A stretch of DNA of 64,000 nt from the NCBI RefSeq assembly GCF_009914755.1, contig NC_060930.1; one strand, given 5' to 3'. Positions 1 through 49,752 of this stretch are shown one piece after another; position 1 is the first letter of the stretch, and each line of letters starts with the position of its first letter. This stretch comes from the human T2T-CHM13v2.0 reference genome, Homo sapiens. A program made the position numbers and the translations under genes. The notes below the pieces were generated by a model. The model worked only from the letters and a program-made list of their open reading frames with translations, was not told where the DNA came from and searched no databases.

Positions 1-1030
1 TGTCGGGGGAGACTGAAATAACAACACAAGCAGTGACACAGACACCTGGGAGGAGACAATCACATTATTTAACCATCAGTCAGCATGGAAGCTGGGCACA
101 GGGTCCTGGGAGTCCCTTCCATATGCCACACATTAACCCTTTAATTGCAGGATCAGGGAAAGTGAGGGGTGCCCAGGGGAGGGACAGGGGTGGCAATGAA
201 CATACTCAGTGGCTCAGGGCCATGGCAATTTACCAGCCAATATAGAAGAATTTTAATATTCCAGCCATCTGCGGGATGCAGCCCTGCACACACCCCACAC
301 TATTCCGTTTCTTCCCTGGGGGAGCATCCTGGCCCTCAAGTAGCAGGCAGTGCCTGCCAAACCCAGACCAAGTGGAAGAGACAGTGGGCACATGGGCCAG
401 GCAGCCAACACCTGTGGGTTAGAGAGCCCCACCCTGGCAGAGTCAGAGCCCTGAGGCCAGGGAGACCACATATTCCAACTTTCACAGTGGGTGCGACAGG
501 TGAGGTGGGAGGAAGGTGGGAGGGAGGTGGGGTTCAGCCCTGAAACCCCCCTACACACAGTCACTGAGGAAAGTCCTGACTCCAGGATGTGGGTGCCGGA
601 GCCCACCCCCGAGACCCCTGTCTTCAACATCTGCTGATTTTTGTTGGCGTTTCTCTTTTTTGTTATTTTGCTTTCCACACTTTAAATAATTAATACAATT
701 ACTTTTAAATACAAAATACGCCATGTCCTTTCTCTTCTCTTCCATTTGTTTGGGGTGATTGGGAGGTGAGTTTTAAATAAGGGTCTCAGCTCTCTAACGG
801 GTAACAGGCTCCAGGTGGGAGGGCCAAGAGCCCCAGATGCCACTCCTCCCGTGGGGTGTCCAGGCAACCACTTCACCCCTCCCCTGGCCTGCCCCGACTG
901 AGGGCTCTCCACGCCCTGGCCCAGGGCTCCCTAGATAGTGAGGAGCCCTCTTGGGAGGTGGCACAGAGCTGATGTTGTGGGATTCCAGGTGGGCCTGGTT
1001 CCGAATGGACAGGATCAGACAGAGACGGTC

Positions 1031-29593
<28,563 letters not shown>

Positions 29594-30281
29594 GGCTGAG
29601 AAGCCGAAACGCCGGGTCCCAGGGACCCAGGTCGGCCTGAGACGCTGGATGCCCTGAGGCTGACAGAAGACAGGGAGCAGACTATGAGCCTCAGACGCCG
29701 GGGTCCCAGGGAGGTCAGAGGCTGCGGGCAGCGACAGCTGTCAGCGGCCCAGCTCCATGCAGCAAGGCGCCGTCGGGGCTCCCGGCACTGCTCCCTCCTC
29801 GGTGGCTGCCGCTTCTGTGTGTCCCCGGCCACCCTGGCGCCCAGAGCCCCCACCTCGCCCCCGCCCCCGGCCCGGCCCCCGCCTCCAGCCGCCCGCCCAC
29901 AGCCACCGAAGGGAAACCCCACCCTCAGTCTCCACCTGGGGAGGGAGGCGGGAACCCTCCCTCTATCGCTCGCTCTCTCCTGCCCCTTGTAGGTCTCAAC
30001 GGCCTGTACCCTAAGATTCTCTTTTCGGGAACCCCAATATCTTCCCTAGCCCCTTCCTTTTCTAGGACCCAAACGTCCAGTCACACACACTCCCTCCCAT
30101 TCCCTCCCTCTTGGGGGCCCAGAGCCCCCTTTCAGCAGAGGCCTGGGCGGGATTTAGGGCACAGTGGGAGGGGGAGAGGCGGGCCTGGGGGTCGCAGTCC
30201 CCACCCCACCCATAATCAGGTCTCCATAATTACTTCCCTCACCCCGCCCCGTGTAATTACAGAGCCGGGCCGGGGCGGGGG

Positions 30282-30289
30282 TATTTATA
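30282..30289 (-). promoter_or_regulatory. TATA box of an upstream COL11A2 promoter
   Basis: TATAAATA on the minus strand, flanked by GC boxes, within a CpG-rich region (about 29520-30930). Confidence 0.65.
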
Positions 30290-30698
30290 GACAAGGCTAT
30301 AGATAGCGACGAACTGGGGCGGGGGATGTGGGGGAAGGTGTTCTACGGAGAGCAAGAGGCCAGAGACTGGGACCCACCGACAAACACAGGATAGTCAGGT
30401 CCAAGGAGATGCAAATGGGGGACGCGGTTAGGGAGTCCCAGAGCCGAGGTAGAGGGGGAGCAGTGGTAAGATGAGCGAGCAGTCGACTCTGGTTGGAAGG
30501 GTCCAGGGAAATGGGGTCACTCGGGGACGTGGGCCGCCTCCGGGCGGGCAACGCCTGAGAAGCACGCAGCGCTCGGCGCCCAGTGCGCCCCCACGAGCGG
30601 GCACGGCGCCGGGTCTGCCCGGAGCCCGCAGCGCGCCCGGAGGGAAGGCCGCAGCGAGCCGAGGCGCCGCCGCCCGCTGGCGCGGAGAGGGCACGAGC

Positions 30699-30805
30699 GA
30701 ACAAGGCGCCTTTGAGAATCCACCGCCCCCCCTTCCTCCTCCGGCCGGCCCCGCCCCCAGCCTGGCACACCCTCTCCCCCCCTCCCCGACAAAGCTTGCC
30801 TTGTG
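30699..30805. promoter_or_regulatory. COL11A2 upstream chondrocyte enhancer: two inverted SOX9 site pairs (B/C- and D/E-like)
   Basis: GAACAAG-gcgc-CTTTGAG (30699-30716) and GACAAAG-cttg-CCTTGTG (30788-30805), both with 4-bp spacers. Confidence 0.8.
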
Positions 30806-30956
30806 TCCCCCACCCTGCGTGCACCTCTTGGGCCCCACGGAACCTCGGCGGCGGCGTCCAGGGATCGCGTCCGGAGCTCCCAACCGGATACCCCCCCCAA
30901 GCCCGAAACGGCGCTGCCCATCCTCATACAGTCACCTCAGTCCAGAAAACAGCGAT

Positions 30957-30962
30957 TTTAAT
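30957..30962 (-). terminator. RXRB poly(A) signal (ATTAAA)
   Basis: TTTAAT on the plus strand, about 1.08 kb past the RXRB stop. Confidence 0.65.
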
Positions 30963-32034
30963 TTGAAAGCGATTTTATGTATGAGAGGGGAAAGGAGCCC
31001 CAAAGAGAAGGGACGCAGGGCAAAAATCATGCAGCCCCAGCACCCCACCTCTGCGGGCTGGCCACCTCCCCTCAATTCTCAGGCCAGGATCCTGTGTCCC
31101 CAGCCTATGCTATGTGCCCAGGGCTGGAGGAGAGCTGTAAAGGGAAGGCCTCCGGGACTACACTCGTGAAACCATCCCCTGTGGGGGCCCTGTCCTCACA
31201 GCCCAGGCCCCTTCCCCAAGTTAGACAGGAAGAGATAGGGGGGGCGGCGGGAAGCTGGGAAGGCTAGTGCTTGGAGAGCCCTAGGGACAGGCCATTTCAG
31301 GGCCCTGCCTTTCCCAAACACCCACCTCCACCACTGGCATTTCTTAGTCAACCTGGGAAAGTACAGTACTTCTTTGAGTCTAACTGCAAGTCTCTATCCT
31401 CACAGGAAATTAAAAATAGCAGATCGGTTCCTACATCTCCACCAGCCCCTTCACCACCACCACCACCTTTTTTATATTTCAGTCTGACTGCAGAAGGAGG
31501 TGAAGTGTAAAAAGAGACTCTGGACAGTGACAGGGCCCCTCCCTCTTCCAGAGAGGCCCCCATCTGCCAGGTTTGAGAGGAGGAAGGCCTGTCAGGGCCC
31601 TACTCTCATGTCCATCAGCTTGGGAGGCCTGCCCCCCAGTATCCACCTCTGGGGGAGTTCCCCATTTCCACTCTTCAGATGGGAAGCAAAATGAGGCAAG
31701 ATGAGAAGGAAGCAAGGTCCTGGAGGCAAGGCCAGTGCTTTGTGCTGGGGGAAGGACAGAGGGTGAGAAATCACCCCAAATCATGGGAGAACCCGACAAA
31801 TTCAGAGACTCAAGGCCACCGAAGAGAGACAACCAGTCCTCACAGGTATCTGGGGTCCCTTCCAACTTGGGATATCAAGCAGATCCCTTGGAGGGTTTAT
31901 GTTCTTGGTTCTGCCCTGTACTTCTCACCCCATCAAGGTTCTGGGAACATGGCCCCCCACCCTGCCCCAGGGCTTGGAGTCCCTCTTGGATGTGTGCTCC
32001 TCCAGTGTGAGAAGCACCACGTCTGGGTCTGAGC

Positions 32035-41166
<9,132 letters not shown>

Positions 41167-41763
41167 GGGGTGGATAAACTACCCCTGCCCCAAACCTCTA
41201 CCCCTAACTCCAGGTCAGGGGTGCGTAGAGGTTGGGGGCCCTGGCCAGGGACATCTGCCAAAGGAAGGAACTGTAGCCTGGGAGAATGGTTACTTTGGCA
41301 TTAGGGCCTTCAAGGGCTGGCAGTCTTACAGAGGCTGGAGCGGTGAGAATGAGAGGCCAGAGGGACCATAGTGTTGGGCACTGTCTGACCATGTTGCATT
41401 TGGAAGGCTAAATGGGGCCATGAAGAAGGCTGGAAGGGACAGGGGGTGATGGCAGCCTACCTGGTGTCCCCTACCCCACCTGTTCTCGGAGAACCAAGTT
41501 GCTACACAGGAAGTTCTCCAAGGTCCAGTTTCCTTTCTCCCACCAGTTGGTGGAGGCTTCAGGGAAGACCAGAGTCCTGGACAGAGAGGGTAACAGGAGG
41601 AGTCGGGGATAAACATCAAACATCAATCGTGTGTCCTGATTTGGGAGTGATTGGGGGGATGGGGTGGGAGAGGGTTAGTTGGTATTCTCATGGCCTGATT
41701 TTTTTTGTTTCTATTCCTTTTATATCACTGTGTTTGAATCGAGGGGGAGGGGTGGTAACCGGA

Positions 41764-41769
41764 AATAAA
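41764..41769 (+). terminator. SLC39A7 poly(A) signal
   Basis: AATAAA followed by the GU/U-rich tract GTCTTTGTCTTTTT. Confidence 0.85.
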
Positions 41770-41937
41770 GACCTCCGATCTTCCGCCCCACATGCAGTCT
41801 TTGTCTTTTTGGGGGGAATGGGGCCCCTTGTCTTCTCCACACCCGGGGCCCCTAAGCAGCAGTGTCGGGCCACGCCCCCTCGGTGGGAGGTCGGCCTGCG
41901 CTGGTGGCCGCAGATGGCCTAAGGCTGGCGGGCCTTT

Positions 41938-41985
41938 GATTGGCCCCGGCTTTGCCCTTGCCACGCCCCTCTGCGCTGGGATTGG
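41938..41985 (+). promoter_or_regulatory. HSD17B8 promoter, two inverted CCAAT boxes
   Basis: GATTGG at 41938-41943 and 41980-41985, with GC boxes, just upstream of the ATG. Confidence 0.7.
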
Positions 41986-42021
41986 CTTAGTGCTGGGATT
42001 CCCACCCACCCACAGCCCGCC

Positions 42022-44007
42022 ATGGCGTCTCAGCTCCAGAACCGACTCCGCTCCGCACTGGCCTTGGTCACAGGTTGAGGGGGTTCTTTCCCCGGGCGGT
42101 TTGGGGTATTGGAGTGAGGTCAGGGGCGTGCCCTTGGAGTGCGCGGCCGCTGTGACCTCTGGCCCCTTACCCACATTTTACTTTCTGCCCTGTGACCTCT
42201 GATCCCTGCCCTCTCCTCCCCGTGCCCGGTCCGGCGTGTTCTGTCCTACCTCAGGTGCGGGGAGCGGCATCGGCCGAGCGGTCAGTGTACGCCTGGCCGG
42301 AGAGGGGGCCACCGTAGCTGCCTGCGACCTGGACCGGGCAGCGGCACAGGAGACGGTGCGGCTGCTGGGCGGGCCAGGGAGCAAGGAGGGGCCGCCCCGA
42401 GGGAACCATGCTGCCTTCCAGGCTGACGTGTCTGAGGCCAGGGCCGCCAGGTGCCTGCTGGAACAAGTGCAGGTGAACGCTAGGCCACTTTCCCCCTCTA
42501 AAGCTCTGATATTGCCTCCACTGCCCCGGCTTTTTGTGGGGGGTTTTTGATGCGTAACCTCCCCCTCCCATAGGCCTGCTTTTCTCGCCCACCATCTGTC
42601 GTTGTGTCCTGTGCGGGCATCACCCAGGATGAGTTTCTGCTGCACATGTCTGAGGATGACTGGGACAAAGTCATAGCTGTCAACCTCAAGGTGGCGATCT
42701 CTGAACCTGCGACGTTTGGCCCCCTTAGCCTGGGGAGGGAGTTGGAGGAGGGCTGTCACCCCAGCTGATCTTTTCTCCCTTGTTACCCTTTCCCGCCAGG
42801 GCACCTTCCTAGTCACTCAGGCTGCAGCACAAGCCCTGGTGTCCAATGGTTGTCGTGGTTCCATCATCAACATCAGTAGCATCGTAGGAAAGGTCAGGTT
42901 GAGTTGGACGAGGTCAGCCAGCCAAGTGGTATAGAGAGGAGAACCCCTCCTTGAGACTCCTGACTCATTCCACATCTCTGACTCACCTATAGGTGGGGAA
43001 CGTGGGGCAGACAAACTATGCAGCATCCAAGGCTGGAGTGATTGGGCTGACCCAGACCGCAGCCCGGGAGCTTGGACGGTTGGTCAGATGCTTGAGGGTG
43101 CTGGGGAGCACCTGGGGGGTCTGAGGGAGGTACCAGCATTCAGCCCTCTCCAGAATCGGCAGCCACTCTCCTTCCCACAGACATGGGATCCGCTGTAACT
43201 CTGTCCTCCCAGGGTTCATTGCAACACCCATGACACAGAAAGTGCCACAGAAAGTGGTGGACAAGGTAGGAGGCTGTGGGTGGAGGGCAGAATCATTCAG
43301 AGACTCAATCTCTCTGGGCTTCACAGAGAGAGAGAGAGAGAGAGAGAGAGAATACTGGGCACAGTTCCTGGCAAACATTAAATATTCAATGAATGTATGA
43401 GAAATGAAGACAAAAAAGGGTCACAGACTCAGTCTTCAAAAAAATCCATAAAAGAAGCTTTCACCCACATGAGTATTTCCTTACAGATTACTGAAATGAT
43501 CCCGATGGGACACTTGGGGGACCCTGAGGGTGAGCACTGAATGTAGTGGGGTCCCTGGGAAGGGGGCCTGAATGAAGAGATCCCCAAAGTTTGGGGATTT
43601 TCTAGGGGACTGGTGGTTGGTGTCTGTGGAGAGGTTTGTGGGGAGGGATGTCTTTGGTGGGAGATTATGGCTGTTTTGGGTCTATGGGAGTGAGCAGAAT
43701 TCTGCCCTCTCCCCACCATTCTCATAGATGTGGCAGATGTGGTCGCATTCTTGGCATCTGAAGATAGTGGATACATCACAGGGACCTCAGTGGAAGTCAC
43801 TGGTATGAGGCCAGCATGGGGAGGGAGAGGGCAGAGAAGTAGAACCCAGACTATATGAGAAAGCAAGTAAGGGGAGTCTGGAGCCACTGGGAAGGGCAGA
43901 GGTTCCCAAGGCCAGGGACAGAAGTGGGTACCCCCTAGCCCATTTGTGTCTCCACCCATGCATCTGTCCAAATGTTTCTGCCCCTCCCAGGAGGTCTTTT
44001 CATGTAA
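42022..44007 (+). CDS. HSD17B8: 17-beta-hydroxysteroid dehydrogenase 8 / KAR alpha subunit (SDR family)
   Basis: 9 exons: 42022-42073, 42255-42472, 42574-42690, 42800-42892, 42993-43078, 43181-43265, 43487-43529, 43728-43802, 43991-44007; total 786 nt, 261 aa. TGAGSGIG Rossmann motif and YAASK catalytic motif. AATAAA at 44157-44162. Confidence 0.99.
43325..43350. repeat. (GA)n microsatellite
   Basis: About 13 AG units in HSD17B8 intron 6. Confidence 0.95.
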
Positions 44008-45187
44008 CTGCCTCAAGGACCCTGGACTCTGCTCACCCCCCCACCACTCTGCCTGGCCTCCTGCTGATGAGGACTCTAAGTTCCCAGGATACAAAAGGGG
44101 TGGCAGTGTATGGTTCAGGAATGCTGAATATGGGAAGCAGGGGTGCTTGTGACCCTAATAAATTCCAAGTCCTCTTCCCTGCCACCTCCGGCTCTTCTTG
44201 TGTCCAAGCCCTCAGACCCTTCCCCACCTCCCCCTCCTTTCCCTTTCCCGAAGGATTGTTCCCTTTCTCTGCCTGGTCTCCCAGGGCAACCCCCGCCGCC
44301 GGGTGTGAGAGGAAAGAGTATGTGTCACTGTGTATGCGTGACACTCCGGGTCTTTTTGAAGGGAGGGGTTCGTGCGTCACCCCTTTCCACTGGTTCTGCA
44401 GCACCAGTCCCCTCCCCCCAACTCCCTGGGTTCTTATGGTCCCCAAGGGTGATTTGTTCATGGCCCCATCTTGGTGTCCAGTCTGGCCTTGAAAGGGGGT
44501 CTTGGAACAGGTGGCCCTCCCCCACCCCTCTCCTTTCTCTGAGTCCCCCCCTCCCCTTTCTCTCCACCTTACAATAGCTGCAGCCGGCCTGGGGTCGGAT
44601 GGGGGGGATTAGGGGAGGGGGCCAGGATTAGGGGAATGAACCAGCCGATGAAAGGGGCTGGAGAGAGCAGGAGGGAGGGGGCTGGGAAGAGGAGGAGGAA
44701 GGGGAGGGGGGTCTGCGCTAATCGACTCTGGCGCCCACATAAGGACTGGCCACGGACTGAAGGAGAGGACAGGGAAGTAGGGGGGAACTGGGGTGGGGGG
44801 CGAGGGCACCCACTGCTGCCTTGTCCCAGGGACAGGCCACCCCCTGGCAGCCGCAGCCCAAGTCCGGGAGCCTCAGCTCGGGCGGGGACAAGATGCCCAT
44901 CAGGGTCTCTAACTGCCCCCCACCCCCTCGCCCTGTATCCCTCTCATTCCCTACACTCAATGGGGATCGCTCTGCCCCTTCCTCTTCTCTTTCCTCCCCA
45001 TCCCCTTCGTTTACTCTAGAGTCCTCGAAGAGGCTTCTGCCCACTTCCCACTCCAGACATTCTGCCCCTGTGTACCCCACCCACACGCGCACCCCCCCTT
45101 CCCAATGGGAGCTCCATCTTGTGTATGTCCCTGTTTCCGCGTGGTGTCTCCATTCCCCCTTTCCTCCCGTGCGCCTCCCTCCCTTCC

Positions 45188-45297
45188 CCGCCCCGGGCCG
45201 CGGCTCCTGATTGTCCAAACGCAATTCTCGAGTCTATGGCTCCGGCCGAGAGTTGAGTCTGGACGTCCCGAGCCGCCGCCCCCAAACCTCGAGCGGG
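45188..45297 (+). ncRNA. MIR219A1: microRNA 219a-1 precursor
   Basis: miR-219a-5p TGATTGTCCAAACGCAATTCT at 45208-45228 and 3p AGAGTTGAGTCTGGACGTCCCG at 45249-45270; the arms are complementary. Confidence 0.98.
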
Positions 45298-45789
45298 AGA
45301 GCGGGTCGGAGGGTCTAGGGAGAGCCAAAGCAGAGGGTGGAGGGAGTCCCCAGGGTGGTAAGGGGAATCCCGGGCACATCGGGACCTAGGTGTGTTCTCA
45401 GGACTAGAAGGCTAAAGCGGCAGATCTTTTGCAGCCTTTTCCCCCGGGATCCTGGAATGGGGGTTACGGAGAAGTGAGGGGGGTTGATCCCCAGAGTCGC
45501 CAGGGTACGCAGAGTGGGGGAGGTAGCCCTTTTCACGAGCCCTCTGTCCCCTCCTGGGGTCCCAGATATTCCAGGCCCCGGCCCCCCGGAGCTGAGGCCC
45601 CGCGTGGGGGCCTCTGGAAGGGAACCGAGGCTAAGGTTGTTGGCCGCGCGACGGTGCTGGGCCGGGGGCGGAGACCGTGGTTCCCTAAGTGGCGCAGAAC
45701 TCCCGGGACGCAGGATCCTCACGCGGGACGAGCCCGTCCCGTGGGCGGGAGAACCGCGGCGTCCACGTCCCGTCCCACCCGCGCCGCGA

Positions 45790-45860
45790 ATGGTGGGTGA
45801 CGTCTCCGCCGGCGGGGGGAGCGGGTGTAGCGGAGGAGCAGGCGGAAGTGACGTAGGGCC
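45790..45860 (+). promoter_or_regulatory. RING1 CpG-island promoter, overlapping ETS-CRE element
   Basis: CGGAAGTGACGTA at 45843-45855 and TGACGT at about 45798; noncoding exon 1 donor at 45998. Confidence 0.7.
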
Positions 45861-46175
45861 CCAGCGCCCGGGCCATGGCGGCGGCGGTGGCGGGAGCTGC
45901 TGTCTGAGCAGCGGTTGCGGACCGAGCGAACTTGGCCCAGGAGCCCGGGCCTAGGGAGAGGCGCGGCGGCGGCGGGAGCGCGAACGGCTGGAGCTGGGTG
46001 AGGGGCAGTGCCGGCGCGGGGGCGGGAGCGGGGGCGGAGAGGGGCGCTTCTGGAGGGGCGGGGTCTACGCGAGGGGCGGCCCCCCTGACGCCCTCCTCCC
46101 CTTCCCCCCACCCCCAGCCTTCTTCGCCTTCTCCTCGGCTGTGGAGCCCTGGTGGGGGGTCTGCGCCCGGTCACC

Positions 46176-49100
46176 ATGACGACGCCGGCGAATGCCCAGA
46201 ATGCCAGCAAAACGTGGGAACTGAGTCTGTATGAGCTGCACCGGACCCCGCAGGTGACAGGCATTCTCCCTTTCAGGCTTACCCCCTCCCCCAAACCCTT
46301 ATATCCACAGACCGCATCACACAGCTTCTTTTCCGTAATTTGCTCTATTCTGCCTTGCCTGGCCCTACCTTTGAATCACCTTAATCTTTCCAAAGCACTT
46401 TCGCATTTAGCTCATTTAATCCTCAAAACAGCCCTGCCAGAGAGGTGGAACAAGTATTATTATCTTCATTTGAAAGATCACAAACACAAAAATTACCTTC
46501 CCTGTTCCTCATTCAGTGTCATAAGTCAGTGCACATAAGACTCACTTTGGGAGTTTATTAAAAGCAGAGCTTCATGCCCCCCAACATTCTGATTCAGTAG
46601 TGAATTGGGTTCTCAGAATCTGAATTTTTAACAGGCACCCTATGGGGTTCTAATACAGGTAGCACCAGGACTTTAAAAAATTTTGTTGAATAGTTTTTCC
46701 CAACCACAGATTTGTGCCATCTTCACTCCTAGGCCACTTAGCCACCTCAGATCCTCCTATTCCAAAGCTCCTACTCTTAGTTAATGGACACTAAAGTCTG
46801 TCTTTTCTCCATTTGCTCCAAGTCATCAGTCCTTCTCTTTCTCAGAATTCTTGTCTCCTATAGAGACCAACATGGGTCTTCTCACTGTATTTCTCAAAAT
46901 TCTTATTTTATGGGCTGCTGTTTCTAAAACCCCTTTCCCTCTAACCCACACCACCTTTCTACTCACTGATGCCTTCAGGAAGCCATAATGGATGGCACAG
47001 AGATTGCTGTTTCCCCTCGGTCACTGCATTCAGAACTCATGTGCCCTATCTGCCTGGACATGCTGAAGAATACGATGACCACCAAGGAGTGCCTCCACAG
47101 ATTCTGCTCTGACTGCATTGTCACAGCCCTACGGAGCGGGTAATAGGAGAGACATGTTTGAGATGAGATGAAGGGGTACAAAGTTAGGGCCCTCTCACTG
47201 GTCTTGGTTCAGCCTAGGCTTCAGTTCCCTTGACTGACCACTCAGGGCTTCCCTTCTCCTACCCCAGGAACAAGGAGTGTCCTACCTGCCGAAAGAAGCT
47301 GGTGTCCAAGCGATCCCTACGGCCAGACCCCAACTTTGATGCCCTGATCTCTAAGATCTATCCTAGCCGGGAGGAATACGAGGCCCATCAAGACCGAGTG
47401 CTTATCCGCCTGAGCCGCCTGCACAACCAGCAGGCATTGAGCTCCAGCATTGAGGAGGGGCTACGCATGCAGGCCATGCACAGGTGTGAGGGTCAGGAGA
47501 GAAGCAGAACTGATGGGATGGGTCCGTGGGTCAGTCCTTGTTGCCTGCTAGCTTCTAAGCCTCAGCATCCTAGGAGCTGACCACAGACTGATCATTAGGG
47601 CTGGAAATCATGGGTGTAAATTGCAGTTTCTTAGTAAACAACTGGCCCTGCTCTTCTTAAGAAAAATATAGGGCTGGGCACAGTGACTCACATCTGTAAT
47701 CCCAGCACTTTGGGAGGTGAGGATGGGAGGATCACTTGAGCCCAGGAGTTTGAGACCACCTTGAATAACATAGGGAAATCTCATCTCTACAACAAATTAA
47801 ACATTTAGCTGGGCATGGTGGCACATGCCTGTAGTCCTACCTTCTTGGGAGGCTGAGGTAATAGGATCACTTGAGCCTGGGAAGAAAGTGGATGTTGCAG
47901 TGAACCATGATCACACCACTGCACACTGCACTCCAGCCTGCTGGGCGACAGAACAAGGCCCTGTCACAAAAAAAAAAAAAGGAAAAATGTAGTTTACCCC
48001 ATGACTTTCTAGAAGTTAGAACAGTAGAGCGATTTTGAGAATAAGCCCCGGATTCATACTGCTGGAAGTTAAATCACCTCCTAGGCCAGCATCTCTCAGT
48101 CTTTCATGTGTATCCAGATTACCTGTAGATCTTCAGATGCAAACTGTGATTCAGTAGGTCTAGAGTTGGGCCCGAGAGTCTGCATTTCACAAGCTCACAG
48201 GGGATGTGTATGCTGCTACCGCACTTTGAGAGGTGACAGCCTATGATCACTAACAAGTTACTTAACCTCTCTAAGCCTCAGTTTCCTCAGCCATAAAATA
48301 GAGGTAATATAATTACCTGTGTCATAGGATTCATTGTATTAGGTAAGGGGATTGGTGCAAAACACTTAGTATACTGAGTGCTTAGCACATTGTGTTTAAT
48401 AAATATTAGGTATCGTCATTAGGATTTTTCTTATCTCTTAATTCTCTGAAGTTTAAAGTCTAAGCCCTTTATCCTGGATGCCTTCTAACCTTAACCACTT
48501 GCTTCTACAGGGCCCAGCGTGTGAGGCGGCCGATACCAGGGTCAGATCAGACCACAACGATGAGTGGGGGGGAAGGAGAGCCCGGGGAGGGAGAAGGGGA
48601 TGGAGAAGATGTGAGCTCAGACTCCGCCCCTGACTCTGCCCCAGGCCCTGCTCCCAAGCGACCCCGTGGAGGGGGCGCAGGGGGGAGCAGTGTAGGGACA
48701 GGGGGAGGCGGCACTGGTGGGGTGGGTGGGGGTGCCGGTTCGGAAGACTCTGGTGACCGGGGAGGGACTCTGGGAGGGGGAACGCTGGGCCCCCCAAGCC
48801 CTCCTGGGGCCCCCAGCCCCCCAGAGCCAGGTGGAGAAATTGAGCTCGTGTTCCGGCCCCACCCCCTGCTCGTGGAGAAGGGAGAATACTGCCAGACGAG
48901 GTGAGGAGCCCTGTCTTTCCCCAGCCACTGAGAAACCAAAGATCACCTAGATTTCCATCAGAAGTGGGCTTTGCCCAAACCCAAAATACCACCCCAACCC
49001 AGAATCCATTTTGGAAAGCCCCTACCTCCAGTCCTCATCTGAGGCGCTCTGGCTCTAAGCCTGTCCTCCCTCCCATTCCAGGTATGTGAAGACAACTGGG

Positions 49101-49752
49101 AATGCCACAGTGGACCACCTCTCCAAGTACTTGGCCCTGCGCATTGCCCTCGAGCGGAGGCAACAGCAGGAAGCAGGGGAGCCAGGAGGGCCTGGAGGGG
49201 GCGCCTCTGACACCGGAGGACCTGATGGGTGTGGCGGGGAGGGTGGGGGTGCCGGAGGAGGTGACGGTCCTGAGGAGCCTGCTTTGCCCAGCCTGGAGGG
49301 CGTCAGTGAAAAGCAGTACACCATCTACATCGCACCTGGAGGCGGGGCGTTCACGGTGAGAGCTTCTGAGGGCAGTGGTAGAAGAGGGGAGAGGAGGGAG
49401 GGTGGTCTGGGCCACATAGAACCATGAGCCTGGTCTAACTCATCAGCACTCTTCCCCTATACATCCTCTATCTCTTTCTATGTCCCCTCTCCTTTCCCAT
49501 CATCCATGTCCTTTTTTGCCTTATCGCTTTTATTATTCCTTTTTTCTTTCCTCCTCCCTTGGTCACCTTTTGCCTCTCATTCATTTCCTTTTCCATCTTC
49601 TCCAACTTTCCTCTCTCTTTTCCCCTCTCTCCCTTTTACCCCCTCCTCAGACGTTGAATGGCTCGCTGACCCTGGAGCTGGTGAATGAGAAATTCTGGAA
49701 GGTGTCCCGGCCACTGGAGCTGTGCTATGCTCCCACCAAGGATCCAAAGTGA
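46176..49752 (+). CDS. RING1: E3 ubiquitin ligase RING1 (RING1A, Polycomb PRC1)
   Basis: Coding exons 46176-46253, 46979-47139, 47268-47483, 48511-48900, 49082-49355, 49651-49752; total 1221 nt, 406 aa. C3HC4 RING (CPICLD...CLHRFCSDC...CPTC), Gly-rich linker and RAWUL C-terminus. Confidence 0.99.
47672..47980 (+). mobile_element. Alu (AluJ-like)
   Basis: Diverged dimer with GGAGGATCACTTGAGCCCAGG; imperfect TSD GAAAAATATAG/GAAAAATGTAG. Confidence 0.95.
48250..48410 (+). mobile_element. MIR remnant
   Basis: CAAGTTACTTAACCTCTCTAAGCCTCAGTTTCCTCA, a MIR core. Confidence 0.8.

Noticed and set aside
30297-31169. Overlapping long ORFs in the COL11A2 promoter
   Set aside because: Stop-poor CpG island sequence with no recognisable domain.
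41900-41922. CTCF-like GGCCGCAGATGGC between SLC39A7 and HSD17B8
   Set aside because: It mismatches the core CC positions and cannot be supported without ChIP data.
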